This document shows positions 9,700-19,620 of a stretch of 64,000 nt of DNA, piece by piece. The stretch lies in NCBI GenBank assembly GCA_963664115.2, contig CAXWPJ010000006.1:192001-256000 (forward strand). Reading direction: 5' to 3'. The DNA is from Terriglobia bacterium. Its GTDB lineage: Bacteria; Acidobacteriota; Terriglobia; 20CM-2-55-15. The notes beneath the pieces are model-generated. The model did not search any database. It saw only the letters and a list, made by a program, of their open reading frames with translations, and was not told the DNA's origin. Made by a program: the position numbers and the translations under genes. The number at the start of each line of letters is the position of its first letter. Position 1 is the stretch's first letter.

Positions 9700-10416
9700 T
9701 TATACACCTGCAAACTGGGGTTTCGCCTCATACGGGATCGGGTCTGCCATGTCTGCTTCGTGAAAAGCCCGGAGCCGGAGCATGCAGCTGTCGCATGTGC
9801 CGCACGCGGCGCTCTCATGACCATAACAAGACCAGGTTTTATCCAAAGGCGCCCCAAGCTCGAAACCTTTACTAATAATATCTGATTTCCCCATGCGGAT
9901 CAGCGGTGCCACGACTTCGATCGTCGTCGCGGGCCGTGTGCCGATATCAATGAGAGCATTCATCGCGTCGTAGTACTCAGGACGGCAATCCGGGTACCCG
10001 GAACTATCCTCCGCAACGGCTCCGATGAAAATCTTTGCCGCACCAATCACCTCTGCCCACGAGACCGCGACTGAGAGAAAGTGGGCGTTTCTGAACGGAA
10101 CATAAGTATTGGGTATATTGCGATTCTCGAGATCTCCCTCCGGAATAGCGATCTCAGAGTCCGTCAAACTCGACCCGCCGATCGCTCCAAGATAACCCAG
10201 GTCAACGATCAACCGTCCTTCGATAGCGAAATAATCTGCTTGAGCCTCAAACGCTTCAAGTTCCCGCTGTTCGGTTCTTTGCCCGTAATTAGCGTGTAAT
10301 CCGAAGAGCTGATGGTCTGAGCGGGCGATCGCGGTCGTGACACAACTGTCGAGTCCTCCACTCATGAGAACCACGGCCCTTCGAGGACCGGATAAGGTCT
10401 GACTTGTTCCTGTCAT
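9700..10416 (-). CDS. queC: 7-cyano-7-deazaguanine synthase
   Basis: SGGLDS PP-loop, YGQR, YVPFRN, GYPDCRPE, TWSCY...CGTCDSC Zn site. Confidence 0.96.
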   Translation of the reverse strand: MTGTSQTLSGPRRAVVLMSGGLDSCVTTAIARSDHQLFGLHANYGQRTEQRELEAFEAQADYFAIEGRLIVDLGYLGAIGGSSLTDSEIAIPEGDLENRNIPNTYVPFRNAHFLSVAVSWAEVIGAAKIFIGAVAEDSSGYPDCRPEYYDAMNALIDIGTRPATTIEVVAPLIRMGKSDIISKGFELGAPLDKTWSCYGHESAACGTCDSCMLRLRAFHEADMADPIPYEAKPQFAGV

Positions 10417-10539
10417 ATGGATTTAGACCAACCCTCCTCAGTTTAGTTTTCCAGGGCCTCCAAAGTCAAAGCATTAGAAGGCTTGCTGTAGCACTGCCCG
10501 GCAATCGTAAACCTAGAGGAACGCGTGACTTACTCGGAC

Positions 10540-11199
10540 TTAAACACCTCTCAGGCCTGCGCCCCAAATGTACTTGTGGATTTGCAATTGGATACGGACA
10601 TCGAGACCGTCTGAGAGAACCCACTGGGAAAGCTCCTGAGCCGGCAGCAGGTCGTGCGCCGGTGAGAACAGCACGGTGTTGGGCTTGTGGGTGAGATGTT
10701 GCCGGTAGAATTCGCACGACCATTCATAGTCTTGACGCGACGAAATCACGAACTTAAATTCATCGTGGCTCGTTACCGATTCGAGGTTCCGTCCGTCAAA
10801 AGTTCCGCCTTCGCTGCTGTCGGGGCACTTTACGTCGATGATCTTGATTACTTTGCTGGGAACGAGAGCCAAAGCGACGTGACCCCCGGTTTCCAACATC
10901 ACGGTATAGCCCGCCTCAAGGAAGGAGTGCATCAGCGGATACACGCCGGCCTGTTCCATGGGCTCGCCACCGGTGATTTCAACCAGCCGGGTTGGATGTC
11001 GGGAAGCTTCGGTGAGAATTTGGCCAATGGTCATCTCTCGTCCGCCGCCGAACGCATACACCGTGTCGCAGTACGTACAACGAAGGCTGCAACCTGTCAG
11101 ACGGACGAATACACAGGGCTTTCCCGCATGGGATGACTCGCCCTGGATCGAATGGAAGATTTCCGTGACCTGCACGGTGTTGGCCGGTGAAGCCATCAT
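10540..11199 (-). CDS. queE: 7-carboxy-7-deazaguanine synthase (radical SAM)
   Basis: EIFHSIQGES, FVRLTGCSLRCTYCDT (CxxxCxxC), ITGGEP, QLQIHKYIW. Confidence 0.94.
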   Translation of the reverse strand: MMASPANTVQVTEIFHSIQGESSHAGKPCVFVRLTGCSLRCTYCDTVYAFGGGREMTIGQILTEASRHPTRLVEITGGEPMEQAGVYPLMHSFLEAGYTVMLETGGHVALALVPSKVIKIIDVKCPDSSEGGTFDGRNLESVTSHDEFKFVISSRQDYEWSCEFYRQHLTHKPNTVLFSPAHDLLPAQELSQWVLSDGLDVRIQLQIHKYIWGAGLRGV

Positions 11200-13100
11200 A
11201 GGTGTGTTTCTTCTACTGTGGCCGACTCTCCGCCGGAAAGAAATTTTTCCAGCTCTTCCACACGATCGACGATCAAGTAATCGGGAAGGCTGGCCAGAAA
11301 CAATTTGCCATACCCTTTGGTCCTCAAGCGGCTATCGAGGATGGCGAGAATACCGCGGTCTGTACGCGAACGGATCAGGCGTCCGAAGCCCTGCTTCAAT
11401 CTCAGTATTGCTGCCGGAACCTGATAGTCCGAGAAGGCGTTCCCGCCGTCGGCCTCAACTTGACGAATTCGAGCCTGTACAAGAGGGTCTGAGGGAACCT
11501 GAAAAGGCAATTTGTCGACGATGACGCAACTGAGCGCATCCCCCTTGACGTCGATTCCCTGCCAGAAACTCGAGGTCGCAAATAATACGGCGTTTTCCTT
11601 GCTGCGGAACTGTTCGAGTAAACGGCTCCGGCTTGTCTTCCCTTGTAGCAGGGTCGGGTAGGGAAGTCTTGGAGCCAGTATTTTGTAACAGGCCTGCATT
11701 TGCTGGTAGCTCGTGAAGAGAACGAATGCGCGTCCCCCAGAGACCGCAAGAACGCTCTCAATTTCGTCAGATGCTCTGCCCAGATATTCCGAGCTTCTGT
11801 AATCGGGAAGATCGGTGGGTATATAGAGTGCTGCCTGTTTCTGAAAGTCGAATTCGGTAGACAGGGTTTCCCCCTGGACGTCTCGAAGCCCGAGGCGAGA
11901 CTGCAGGTAAGCCGTCGATCCCCCGACTGTCAGCGTGGCTGATGTCAGGACGCATGTGGGAATTTTTTCGAAGAGACTCTCCCGAAGAAGAGGGGCCACG
12001 TCGATCGGGCATGCTTCCAGAAAGACGCCCCGCCCCCTCCGGTCGAGCCACGACACATAGTTGTCCGGATTGCCGTTTTTGAACACTTCCAGTTCGGAGG
12101 ATATTTCTCCAGACCGACGTGAAAGATTTTCCCACTCGCCACTCACATCCAATTGTTTCTTGAAACAGCGGCGGACGTCGGAGAGTGCGTCAATCAGCGG
12201 ATCGATTTCGTCCAATTCGGGCAGGGGATGTCGTCCATCTCGCAGAAGCATAAAGCGGCCGAAGAAGTGATCCGAGGCTCGGCCTAGTGCGTTGAGGGGG
12301 CCCTCTATCTGAACTTCCACTTGTTGGGCCAGAGACCTTGCATCGAAAACCAGTTCCTGGAGGCGGTAGTTGCTGACATGAAAACCAAAATAGCCGGTCG
12401 CTATATCTTCGAGTTCGTGGGCTTCGTCGAAGATGACGGCGGTGTAATCGGGCAGAATCTGTGCCATCTCCGACTCGCGTATCGCAAGGTCGGCGAAGAA
12501 CAGATGATGGTTCACGACGACGATGTCCGATTCCATGGCCTTTTGCCGCATCCGCGTCAAGAAGCAGCTTTCGAATTCTTCGCAGCGGCTGCCGAGGCAG
12601 CGGTCCCGCCGTGCGTCAAGCCGCGCCCAGAGCTCATCGTCATCCGAGATCCCATCGAGTTCGGCCCGATCGCCCGTTTCGGTCTTCTGCGCCCAGGCCT
12701 TGATTTCGCCAAATTTGTCCAGTTCCACCGGAGTGAAGAGTCCGTCCTCGGAAGAGGTATGCAGTTTTAACTTACAAAGGTAGTTGTTCCGGCCCTTCAA
12801 GTATGCGGCCCGAATCTCCCTGTCCAGGATCCGCTCGAGCAGCGGAATGTCCTTGTAGAATATCTGGTCCTGAAGCGCTTTCGTCCCGGTGGAGACCATG
12901 AGTCTCTGTCCATGCATCAGAGCGGGAGCCAGATAGGCCAATGTCTTGCCCGTCCCTGTCCCGGCTTCGACAATGGCGTGGTGGGAACCTTCGAGCGCCT
13001 GGGTAACGATTTTCGCCATCCGCTCCTGGGACGGCCGGGGTTCGTAGTCTTCGAGCTTTTCGGAGAGTAGACCGTTTGGTGAAAAGAAATCCTTCATCAA
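11196..13100 (-). CDS. dinG: ATP-dependent DNA helicase, DinG/YoaA family
   Basis: EAGTGTGKT, LKGRNNYLC, Fe-S cysteines, VVNHHLFF, DEAH, SATL, FWQGID, QGFGRLIRS. Confidence 0.92.
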   Translation of the reverse strand: MMKDFFSPNGLLSEKLEDYEPRPSQERMAKIVTQALEGSHHAIVEAGTGTGKTLAYLAPALMHGQRLMVSTGTKALQDQIFYKDIPLLERILDREIRAAYLKGRNNYLCKLKLHTSSEDGLFTPVELDKFGEIKAWAQKTETGDRAELDGISDDDELWARLDARRDRCLGSRCEEFESCFLTRMRQKAMESDIVVVNHHLFFADLAIRESEMAQILPDYTAVIFDEAHELEDIATGYFGFHVSNYRLQELVFDARSLAQQVEVQIEGPLNALGRASDHFFGRFMLLRDGRHPLPELDEIDPLIDALSDVRRCFKKQLDVSGEWENLSRRSGEISSELEVFKNGNPDNYVSWLDRRGRGVFLEACPIDVAPLLRESLFEKIPTCVLTSATLTVGGSTAYLQSRLGLRDVQGETLSTEFDFQKQAALYIPTDLPDYRSSEYLGRASDEIESVLAVSGGRAFVLFTSYQQMQACYKILAPRLPYPTLLQGKTSRSRLLEQFRSKENAVLFATSSFWQGIDVKGDALSCVIVDKLPFQVPSDPLVQARIRQVEADGGNAFSDYQVPAAILRLKQGFGRLIRSRTDRGILAILDSRLRTKGYGKLFLASLPDYLIVDRVEELEKFLSGGESATVEETHL

Positions 13101-13295
13101 AGCTAAGTGTATACTCGCGAGGCAGGTTCGGGACGGTCACTTCGTCCGGCGGACTGAAAGCCGTCGTTTCTTTAAAGAGATGCAAAATCAAGTAACCGTG
13201 CCCAACCACTCCCCGGTTGGCTTGGGCGGAAATACCGTTTATCATGCATTTCTTTTGCTGAGAGGTCGTGTGCGAATGGCTGGTGGGCCGGTTTA

Positions 13296-13715
13296 ATGCT
13301 TCGAATTCCAGAAGGTGTAATGGCTCAGATCCATGCGCACATGGAAGAGACCTATCCCCACGAATGTTGCGGCTTGGTTATCGGTACAATAGATTCCCGG
13401 ATGAGACGTGCGGCCACATCCCGCAGGTGCGGGAACCTCAACACCGAGCGGGCCGTGGATCGCTACGAACTGGATCCCAGGGACATGTTGGCTGCCCAGA
13501 AGGAATTTGAAGACGGACCGCTGGATATTATCGGAATCTATCATTCACATCCAGACCATCCATCCCAGCCTTCCCAGTTCGACACCGATCACGCATGGCC
13601 GGGTTGGTCGTATATGATTGGGTCGGTGGAGAAGGGGAAGATCGGTCCGGTTCAGAGTTGGGAATTAAACGAATCCGAACACCGATTCGACGAAGAACGG
13701 ATGGAGATTGAATAG
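13296..13715 (+). CDS. JAMM/Mov34 (M67) metallopeptidase, Mec-like
   Basis: YPHECCG and YHSHPDHPSQPSQFD (E...HxHx7SxxD) JAMM motif. Confidence 0.92.
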   Translation: MLRIPEGVMAQIHAHMEETYPHECCGLVIGTIDSRMRRAATSRRCGNLNTERAVDRYELDPRDMLAAQKEFEDGPLDIIGIYHSHPDHPSQPSQFDTDHAWPGWSYMIGSVEKGKIGPVQSWELNESEHRFDEERMEIE

Positions 13716-13739
13716 ATCGAGCAGGAGGACGCCCAGAGG

Positions 13740-14018
13740 ATGAGTGTGAACGTTAAGATACCTACGCCCTTGAGAACATTGACGGCCGGAAAGGCAGTGG
13801 TTTCCGTCGAGGCCGCAACCGTTGAAGAGGCTCTTACCAAACTCAACGATGAATTCGCCGGGCTGGGTGAGAGGATTTTTGATGGGAGCGGACAGATCCG
13901 CCGTTTCATTAACGTATACGTGAACGAAGACAATATTAAGGACAAGAATGACCTGGCCACCGAAATTGGACCGGGAGACACCATCTCAATCCTTCCCTCG
14001 ATCGCCGGTGGCTGCTAG
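13740..14018 (+). CDS. MoaD/ThiS/CysO ubiquitin-like sulfur carrier with C-terminal GG-C
   Basis: VKIPTPLR, RRFINVYVN, ISILPSIAGGC. Confidence 0.9.
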   Translation: MSVNVKIPTPLRTLTAGKAVVSVEAATVEEALTKLNDEFAGLGERIFDGSGQIRRFINVYVNEDNIKDKNDLATEIGPGDTISILPSIAGGC

Positions 14019-14101
14019 AGCCCTCTGTTCGCCGGTACTTCTACCTCATCGAATCTGACCCATGACGTGTGGGCAGAGGGCCCCTGTTCCTTGAGTTGAG
14101 T

Positions 14102-15454
14102 ATGCCCAAGCCTTCCGAAATCGCTACCCCGGACAAGCCTGTCATACCTCTTGTAGCTGTTGTCGGCCGCCCCAACGTTGGAAAGTCGACGATATTTAAT
14201 CGGCTGATCGGCCGCCGCCGGTCAATCGTTTCCGATGAGCCGGGCATGACTCGGGATCGAATCTACGGTTCGCTCGATTGGAACGGAGTGTCTTTCGAGG
14301 TCGTCGATACCGGAGGCATCGTTGGAGGCGAAGAGTCCGAAATTCCGCAGAAAATTTTCGAACAGGCGCAAGTAGCGATCGAAGCAGCGTCTCTTTTGCT
14401 GTTTGTCGTCGATGGCCGGGCGGGCCGAACGGGTGCGGACGAAAATCTGGCGGAGCTGCTCCGGAAGGTGGGACGTCCGGTAATGTTGCTCGTCAACAAA
14501 GTGGATTCGGACAAGCAGGAAGCCGATGTTGGGGAGTTTGCTCGCCTTGGCTTTGACAAGACCTTTCCACTGTCCGCCGAACACGGCCGCGGATTTACCG
14601 AGCTCCTGGATGATATTGCCGGAATTTTGCCCAAGACGCCCGAAGCTCCGGAAGAAATCGGTGAGATCCGCATTGCGATCATTGGACGTCCGAACGCGGG
14701 GAAATCGACTTTGCTGAACGCACTTGTTGAGGAAGAGCGGGCCATGGTGTCTCCCATCGCAGGAACCACGCGGGACGCGATCGATAGTGTCATCGAGAAG
14801 GATGGTCAGATATTCAGGTTTGTCGATACCGCGGGAATCCGTCAGCGGTCCCGTACCCGACAGACTGCAGATCGATTGAGCATCATCATGGCCCGGAAGC
14901 ATCTGGAGTTGAGCGACGTCGCCATTCTTCTCGTCGACGGCATTGAGCCCCTTGCCGCGATCGACGCGACTATCGGGGGATACGCGCACGAGTCCGGCCG
15001 CAGTGTGATCATTGCCGTAAACAAATGGGACGTCGTGGAGAAAAATGCGTCTATCACCGCCGATTTTGAACGTAAGATTCGGGAGAGATTCAAGTTTCTG
15101 GACTATGCGCCCATCGTTTTCGTTTCAGCAAAGACGGGCCAACGTGTCGGACGTTTCTACGGGCTCATAACTGAAATATTCGAACAGCGCCGACGGCGGA
15201 TTCCAACCGCAGAACTGAATCAGTTTTTGAAAGAAGTGAAGCTCGAACGCGGAGGATTGCCATCGGAAGTCAAAGTCCGTTATATTTCTCAGGTTCGGAC
15301 AGCTCCGCCGACTTTCGCGGTTTTTGCGAATACCTCACACAAATTACACTTCTCATTCGAGCGTTTTCTCATAAATCGTATCCGTGATCGATTCGCATTC
15401 CGGGGAACCCCGATTATAATTAAGCAACGCGGGAGCAGAAGGAGTGGCGCTTGA
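14102..15454 (+). CDS. der: ribosome biogenesis GTPase Der (EngA)
   Basis: two G domains: [16 protein letters not shown] and [16 protein letters not shown]; C-terminal PPTF...F.GTPI. Confidence 0.96.
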   Translation: MPKPSEIATPDKPVIPLVAVVGRPNVGKSTIFNRLIGRRRSIVSDEPGMTRDRIYGSLDWNGVSFEVVDTGGIVGGEESEIPQKIFEQAQVAIEAASLLLFVVDGRAGRTGADENLAELLRKVGRPVMLLVNKVDSDKQEADVGEFARLGFDKTFPLSAEHGRGFTELLDDIAGILPKTPEAPEEIGEIRIAIIGRPNAGKSTLLNALVEEERAMVSPIAGTTRDAIDSVIEKDGQIFRFVDTAGIRQRSRTRQTADRLSIIMARKHLELSDVAILLVDGIEPLAAIDATIGGYAHESGRSVIIAVNKWDVVEKNASITADFERKIRERFKFLDYAPIVFVSAKTGQRVGRFYGLITEIFEQRRRRIPTAELNQFLKEVKLERGGLPSEVKVRYISQVRTAPPTFAVFANTSHKLHFSFERFLINRIRDRFAFRGTPIIIKQRGSRRSGA

Positions 15455-15792
15455 GCAAGCCTGAAATTCCGGACAAGCTGTATTTCAAGATTGGCGAGGT
15501 CGCCGACATTGTCGGTGTTGAGGCCTACGTATTGCGTTTTTGGGAATCCGAGTTTCCCGCACTCTCACCGAAAAAAGCGGATTCTGGTCACCGTGTATAT
15601 CGGAAGAAGGACGTTCAGACCGTTGTGGCGATCAAGGAACTCCTCTACGAGAAAGGTTATACGATTGCCGGCGCCCGCAAACGGTTGCGGTCACGGAACA
15701 GTGAGCCCGCGGAGGCACTACCCGAAGACGCCCTCCGAGAGGTGAGTCAGGGGCTCGAAGACATCTTGACATTGCTCGACGGCAAAACTTAA
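15451..15792 (+). CDS. MerR-family HTH transcriptional regulator
   Basis: [31 protein letters not shown]...GHRVY; GYTIAGAR. Confidence 0.88.
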   Translation: MSKPEIPDKLYFKIGEVADIVGVEAYVLRFWESEFPALSPKKADSGHRVYRKKDVQTVVAIKELLYEKGYTIAGARKRLRSRNSEPAEALPEDALREVSQGLEDILTLLDGKT

Positions 15793-15802
15793 TGTAGCCG
15801 AA

Positions 15803-15876
15803 CGGGACGTGGCGCAGCTTGGTAGCGCGCACCCTTGGGGTGGGTGAGGTCGGAGGTTCAAATCCTCTCGTCCCGA
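15803..15876 (+). tRNA. tRNA-Pro(GGG)
   Basis: cloverleaf: acceptor CGGGACG/CGTCCCG, D arm GCGC/GCGC, anticodon arm CACCC-TTGGGGT-GGGTG, T arm GGAGG-TTCAAAT-CCTCT; CCA not encoded. Confidence 0.95.
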
Positions 15877-15944
15877 TTATCCCTTCAGTATCCGATTCCT
15901 TCCGGTTCGACGTCTTTCGGTTCGACCGAATTCGTGCCGACTTT

Positions 15945-16727
15945 ATGGCTAAACGCATCCTCATTACGAATGACGACGGCATTGCTTCACCTGCGCTGGG
16001 TGAACTGGAACGTGCGTTGGGAAATCTGGGGCGTACGACGGTCGTGGCACCGGAGCGCGAAAGGAGCGCGACGAGTCACTCAATCACGCTCAACCGCCCG
16101 CTCAGGTATCACAGGCACGGCGGCGACCGGTTTGCCGTTGACGGAACACCTGCAGACTGCGTGATTCTGGCCTGCCTCCGGATCCTTAAGTCGGATCCCG
16201 ACCTCCTTGTTTCAGGAATCAACCGCGGAATGAACGTGGGCGATGGCGTGCTTTATTCGGGAACGCTTGCGGCCGCGTTTGAGGGTGCTCTGCAGGGAAT
16301 TCCTTCAATTGCCGTGTCGCTCGAGTACAGCGATGATATCGATTACGCGGCAACTGCGGACTATACCGCCGTTCTTGCGCACAAGGTTCTCGACGAGGGT
16401 TTGCCCCCGGGTGTCATCCTGAACCTGAACGTGCCCACCCGATGGAATGGTGGAGTGGTCCTGACCCGGCAGGGCGAAAAGGTGGGGAAGACCGTGCTCG
16501 TCGAACATGTGGACCCTTGAGGCGAAGAGTACTTCTGGTTGCACGAGGAATTACACGATCACTCCGATATCGAGGCCGAGGATTTCCCCTCAGACATCGA
16601 CGTCATGGCTGAAGGGTATGCATCTCTGACGCCACTACAGCTGGATCGGACCGCATTTCGATACTTCAAGCCCTTATCGACGTGGACGGACATTGTTGGT
16701 GCGGCGACGTTCAAGCCGAAGAGCTGA
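15945..16727 (+). pseudogene. surE: 5'/3'-nucleotidase SurE with in-frame TGA at 16518-16520 (pseudogene, truncation or sequencing error)
   Basis: ILITNDDGI, VVAPERERSATSHS, VDGTPADCV, VSGINRGMN, YSGT; reads VDP*GEEYFW where the family has DPRG..Y.W; same frame continues through SLTPLQLD to TGA at 16727. Confidence 0.85.
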
Positions 16728-16751
16728 ATCACATGGAAGGGGAAACCCCTA

Positions 16752-16760
16752 TGCTAAAAT
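16752..16760 (+). promoter_or_regulatory. extended -10 promoter for tRNA-Pro(CGG)
   Basis: TGCTAAAAT (TGn-TAAAAT) 12 bp upstream of the tRNA. Confidence 0.45.
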
Positions 16761-16772
16761 GAACTGTTTTTG

Positions 16773-16846
16773 CGGGACGTGGCTCAGTCTGGTAGAGCAC
16801 CCGGTTCGGGGCCGGGGGGTCGGAGGTTCAAATCCTCTCGTCCCGA
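16773..16846 (+). tRNA. tRNA-Pro(CGG)
   Basis: acceptor CGGGACG/CGTCCCG, D arm GCTC/GAGC, anticodon arm CCCGG-TTCGGGG-CCGGG, T loop TTCAAAT; CCA not encoded. Confidence 0.95.
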
Positions 16847-16860
16847 CTTTTAGAATTAAT

Positions 16861-17654
16861 GGTTCTGTCAAGTTGATCGTCAAAGCCCGAGAAGGAGGCC
16901 GGTCCTTATCGGTCGGTCAACCTACCGTAACCGAATTCCAGGTCGCAAAAGAACGTTCTCGGAGCATCCTATGGCGCGCCGCTTTCAGCCGGTGCCGAGA
17001 GAGTCGGAAAAGATTCAGAATGAGACCGTGAACAGAGAGGAATCGCTGACTCTGCGCTGGCGACTTGAACCTTCTCATCTGCCGTTCTCGTTGTCTGGTC
17101 GGTTGGTGTGAGACTTCCGCTCGATTGTTCGCGTACTGGCCGGTATCATGGTTGACTGAAGGCATGATCGTCCGGATCGCCGCGCCATAACTCTTTAACT
17201 TGTCTGTAACGAGGCGAAACGGAACCTTCTCCTGGCCCTTCAAGAGCTTGAGAAAGAAGCGTTCCGCCGCGCGTCGGTTACGCCGGGATTGGACGAGGAT
17301 ATCGATCAGATCTCCGTCTTGATCGACCGCACGCCAGAGATATTGCCGCTTGCCGTTGATCGTGATGAACACTTCGTCCAGGAACCACGTGTCGCCGAGA
17401 CGGCCTTGTCGTCGCTTCAGTTTCCGTGCGTATTCCGGACCGAACTTCAGACACCATTGCCGGATAGTTTCGTAGGTCACGATGATCCCGCGTTTCGCGA
17501 GGAGATCTTCTACATCGCGAAAGCTCATGCAAAACCGATAGTAATGCCAGACCGCGTGGCTAATGATTTCGGGCGGGAATCGGTGTCCATGATAGGGGGA
17601 TCGAGAGCATTTCATGGGTTCAGTCTGCCATCGGCAGGCCAACTTGACAATTCC
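16861..17654 (-). mobile_element. IS6 family insertion sequence
   Basis: terminal IRs GGTTCTGTCAAGTTG (16861-16875) and reverse complement GGAATTGTCAAGTTG (17640-17654); about 0.8 kb; no target duplication seen. Confidence 0.88.
16917..17615 (-). CDS. IS6 family DDE transposase
   Basis: YHGHRFPPEIISHAVWHYYRF..SFRDVE, WFLDEVF, YLWRAVDQDG, VTDKLKSY, NNRAEVSHQ. Confidence 0.94.
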   Translation of the reverse strand: MKCSRSPYHGHRFPPEIISHAVWHYYRFCMSFRDVEDLLAKRGIIVTYETIRQWCLKFGPEYARKLKRRQGRLGDTWFLDEVFITINGKRQYLWRAVDQDGDLIDILVQSRRNRRAAERFFLKLLKGQEKVPFRLVTDKLKSYGAAIRTIMPSVNHDTGQYANNRAEVSHQPTRQRERQMRRFKSPAQSQRFLSVHGLILNLFRLSRHRLKAARHRMLRERSFATWNSVTVG

Positions 17655-18167
17655 GTACGGAGGGATCCGAGGTCTCAGCTTGATGAGATTAACTGTTGAT
17701 CTCACGGGAGGGCGTACCAGTTCAATATGTTTCCGACAGTATTGACAGCTCAAACGGTCGATGCAACAAGCGTCAATTTGCTCTGCTGGAGTTTCGAACT
17801 CCAAGGTCTTGGGTGACCGTTCCTTTAACTGAGGTGTCGCCTCTAACTCGAGCAAACGGGATTTCTAAATATTCCCGAAGATCCTGCTAGGACAAAGACG
17901 AAACACAGAGGATTTGTTCCGCGGTCGGACCCCGCTTCGATGTAGGTCTAGGCCCCGCGCCGGTCGGCGATTGAACCCCCGACTTTCGTGATACCATCTG
18001 TGCGTTTTGATCCGGAGACTTACTTGCTCTGGGGCTGATGCGTTGATGGGAAAGCGTTTACCGGAAACAGAATTCCACTTTCGAATTCCAGGCGACACAG
18101 AGAAGATGTTGGGTTGCAGGGACATTTGCAGGATTGTTTCCGGCGGTAAACCGAAACGGACCGTGAA

Positions 18168-19517
18168 GTGAAGCTTAATGTTTCCGATCTTATCGACAAT
18201 AGCCGTATAGGCACTTTTCAGACACGGCTATTCGTTCTTTGTGCGTTGTGCCTGATCTTTGCGGGTTTCGACGTTCAGGCGATGGGATACGTCGCGCCGG
18301 TTCTCAGTCCGGAGCTGGGCATAGAGAGGGGTCAGATGGGCGCGATTCTGGGCTCAGCTAGCTTCGGAGTATTGCTTGGCTCCCTGCTGTTCACAATGGC
18401 TGGCGATCGCTTCGGACGTCGTCCCATCCTTGTAATCTCAACCATCATCTTTGGGGTCCTGACGATACTGACGGCGCGCGCCACCTCCGTTGGGGACTTG
18501 CTGACGCTCCGTTTCCTGGCTGGTGTGGGCATGGGTTCGATTGTTCCCAACGCGACGGCCCTGATCGGCGAGTACAGCCCGAAGCGTCAGCGGATCACCT
18601 TGATCATGTGCATTACTGCGGGTTTTACCGCTGGAGCCGCTGTAGGCGGTTTTGTTTCGGCTGCGCTGATACCGATGTTCGGTTGGAGATCTGTTTTCTA
18701 TATTGGCGGCATAGCGCCCTTGTGTCTCGCTCTGGCGATGTTTTTCTGGTTGCCCGAGTCCTTGCAATTTTTGGTGCTCCGGGGAAACCGGACCGAACAG
18801 CTTGGCCGATGGCTCAGAGGCGTAGACCCGTCCACGGTGATCACTTCCGAGACGGAATACGTCGTTCGGGAAGAGAAGAAACGCGGCGTGCCGCTCGGAC
18901 ACCTGTTCAGTGAAGGTCGCGGCAAAGTGACGATCCTGTTGTGGATTGTCAATTTCATGAACCTGTTGAATCTGTTCTTCCTGGCGGGTTGGTTGCCGAC
19001 CGTACTCAGCGAAGCGGGCCACTCCACCCAGACTGCAGTCCTGGTGGGGACACTATTGCAGGTCGGCGGGGTGATCGGGACGTTCGGTTTGGCATGGTTG
19101 ATCGCGAAGACCAATTTCATTCCGATTCTGATCGGCACATTCGCCCTCGCCACGCTGAGCATAGCCTTGATCGGCACACAGTCGGTTTTGTTGGTTGTGC
19201 CGCTTTTGACTGTTGTTGTTTTCGTCTCGGGCTGGTGTGTGGTCGGTGGACAACCAGCTCTGAACGCAATGGCCGCGACATTCTATCCGACTTACATGCG
19301 GTCAACCGGCGTTGGCTGGTGTCTGGGAATCGGACGTGTTGGTGCAATCGTAGGTCCGGTAGTCGGCGGTCAGCTCATGGCAATGCAGTGGTCCAGTGAG
19401 CAAATCTTTTTTGCGGCAGCGATGGCGGCCCTGATATCGACTTTTCTCATGTTAATTCTGCGCTGGGTGTTCAAATCGTACCCAACGATTGACATGGTCC
19501 AGAAACCGACGGGCTAG
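18168..19517 (+). CDS. MFS aromatic acid:H+ symporter (PcaK/BenK family)
   Basis: GFDVQAMGY, GDRFGRRP, LRFLAGVGMG, EYSPKRQR, LPESLQF, YPTYMRSTGVGW..GIGRVG. Confidence 0.9.
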   Translation: MKLNVSDLIDNSRIGTFQTRLFVLCALCLIFAGFDVQAMGYVAPVLSPELGIERGQMGAILGSASFGVLLGSLLFTMAGDRFGRRPILVISTIIFGVLTILTARATSVGDLLTLRFLAGVGMGSIVPNATALIGEYSPKRQRITLIMCITAGFTAGAAVGGFVSAALIPMFGWRSVFYIGGIAPLCLALAMFFWLPESLQFLVLRGNRTEQLGRWLRGVDPSTVITSETEYVVREEKKRGVPLGHLFSEGRGKVTILLWIVNFMNLLNLFFLAGWLPTVLSEAGHSTQTAVLVGTLLQVGGVIGTFGLAWLIAKTNFIPILIGTFALATLSIALIGTQSVLLVVPLLTVVVFVSGWCVVGGQPALNAMAATFYPTYMRSTGVGWCLGIGRVGAIVGPVVGGQLMAMQWSSEQIFFAAAMAALISTFLMLILRWVFKSYPTIDMVQKPTG

Positions 19518-19620
19518 CCTGGGGCTCGACGGTTCAGACCCTCTCCTCTCGATTCGAAGACGGCATTCCCAGGACATTGGCTTCCGCTGTTTCGGGAGAT
19601 GTCTCCATGAAAAACCTGTG

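Noticed and set aside
9700-14018. QueC + QueE + DinG + JAMM + ubiquitin-like protein as an anti-phage or DNA-modification system (Dpd, QatABCD, CBASS-like)
   Set aside because: QueC/QueE look canonical. There is no DpdA/TGT paralog, cyclase, E1/E2 or nuclease, and the context is housekeeping (der, surE, tRNAs).
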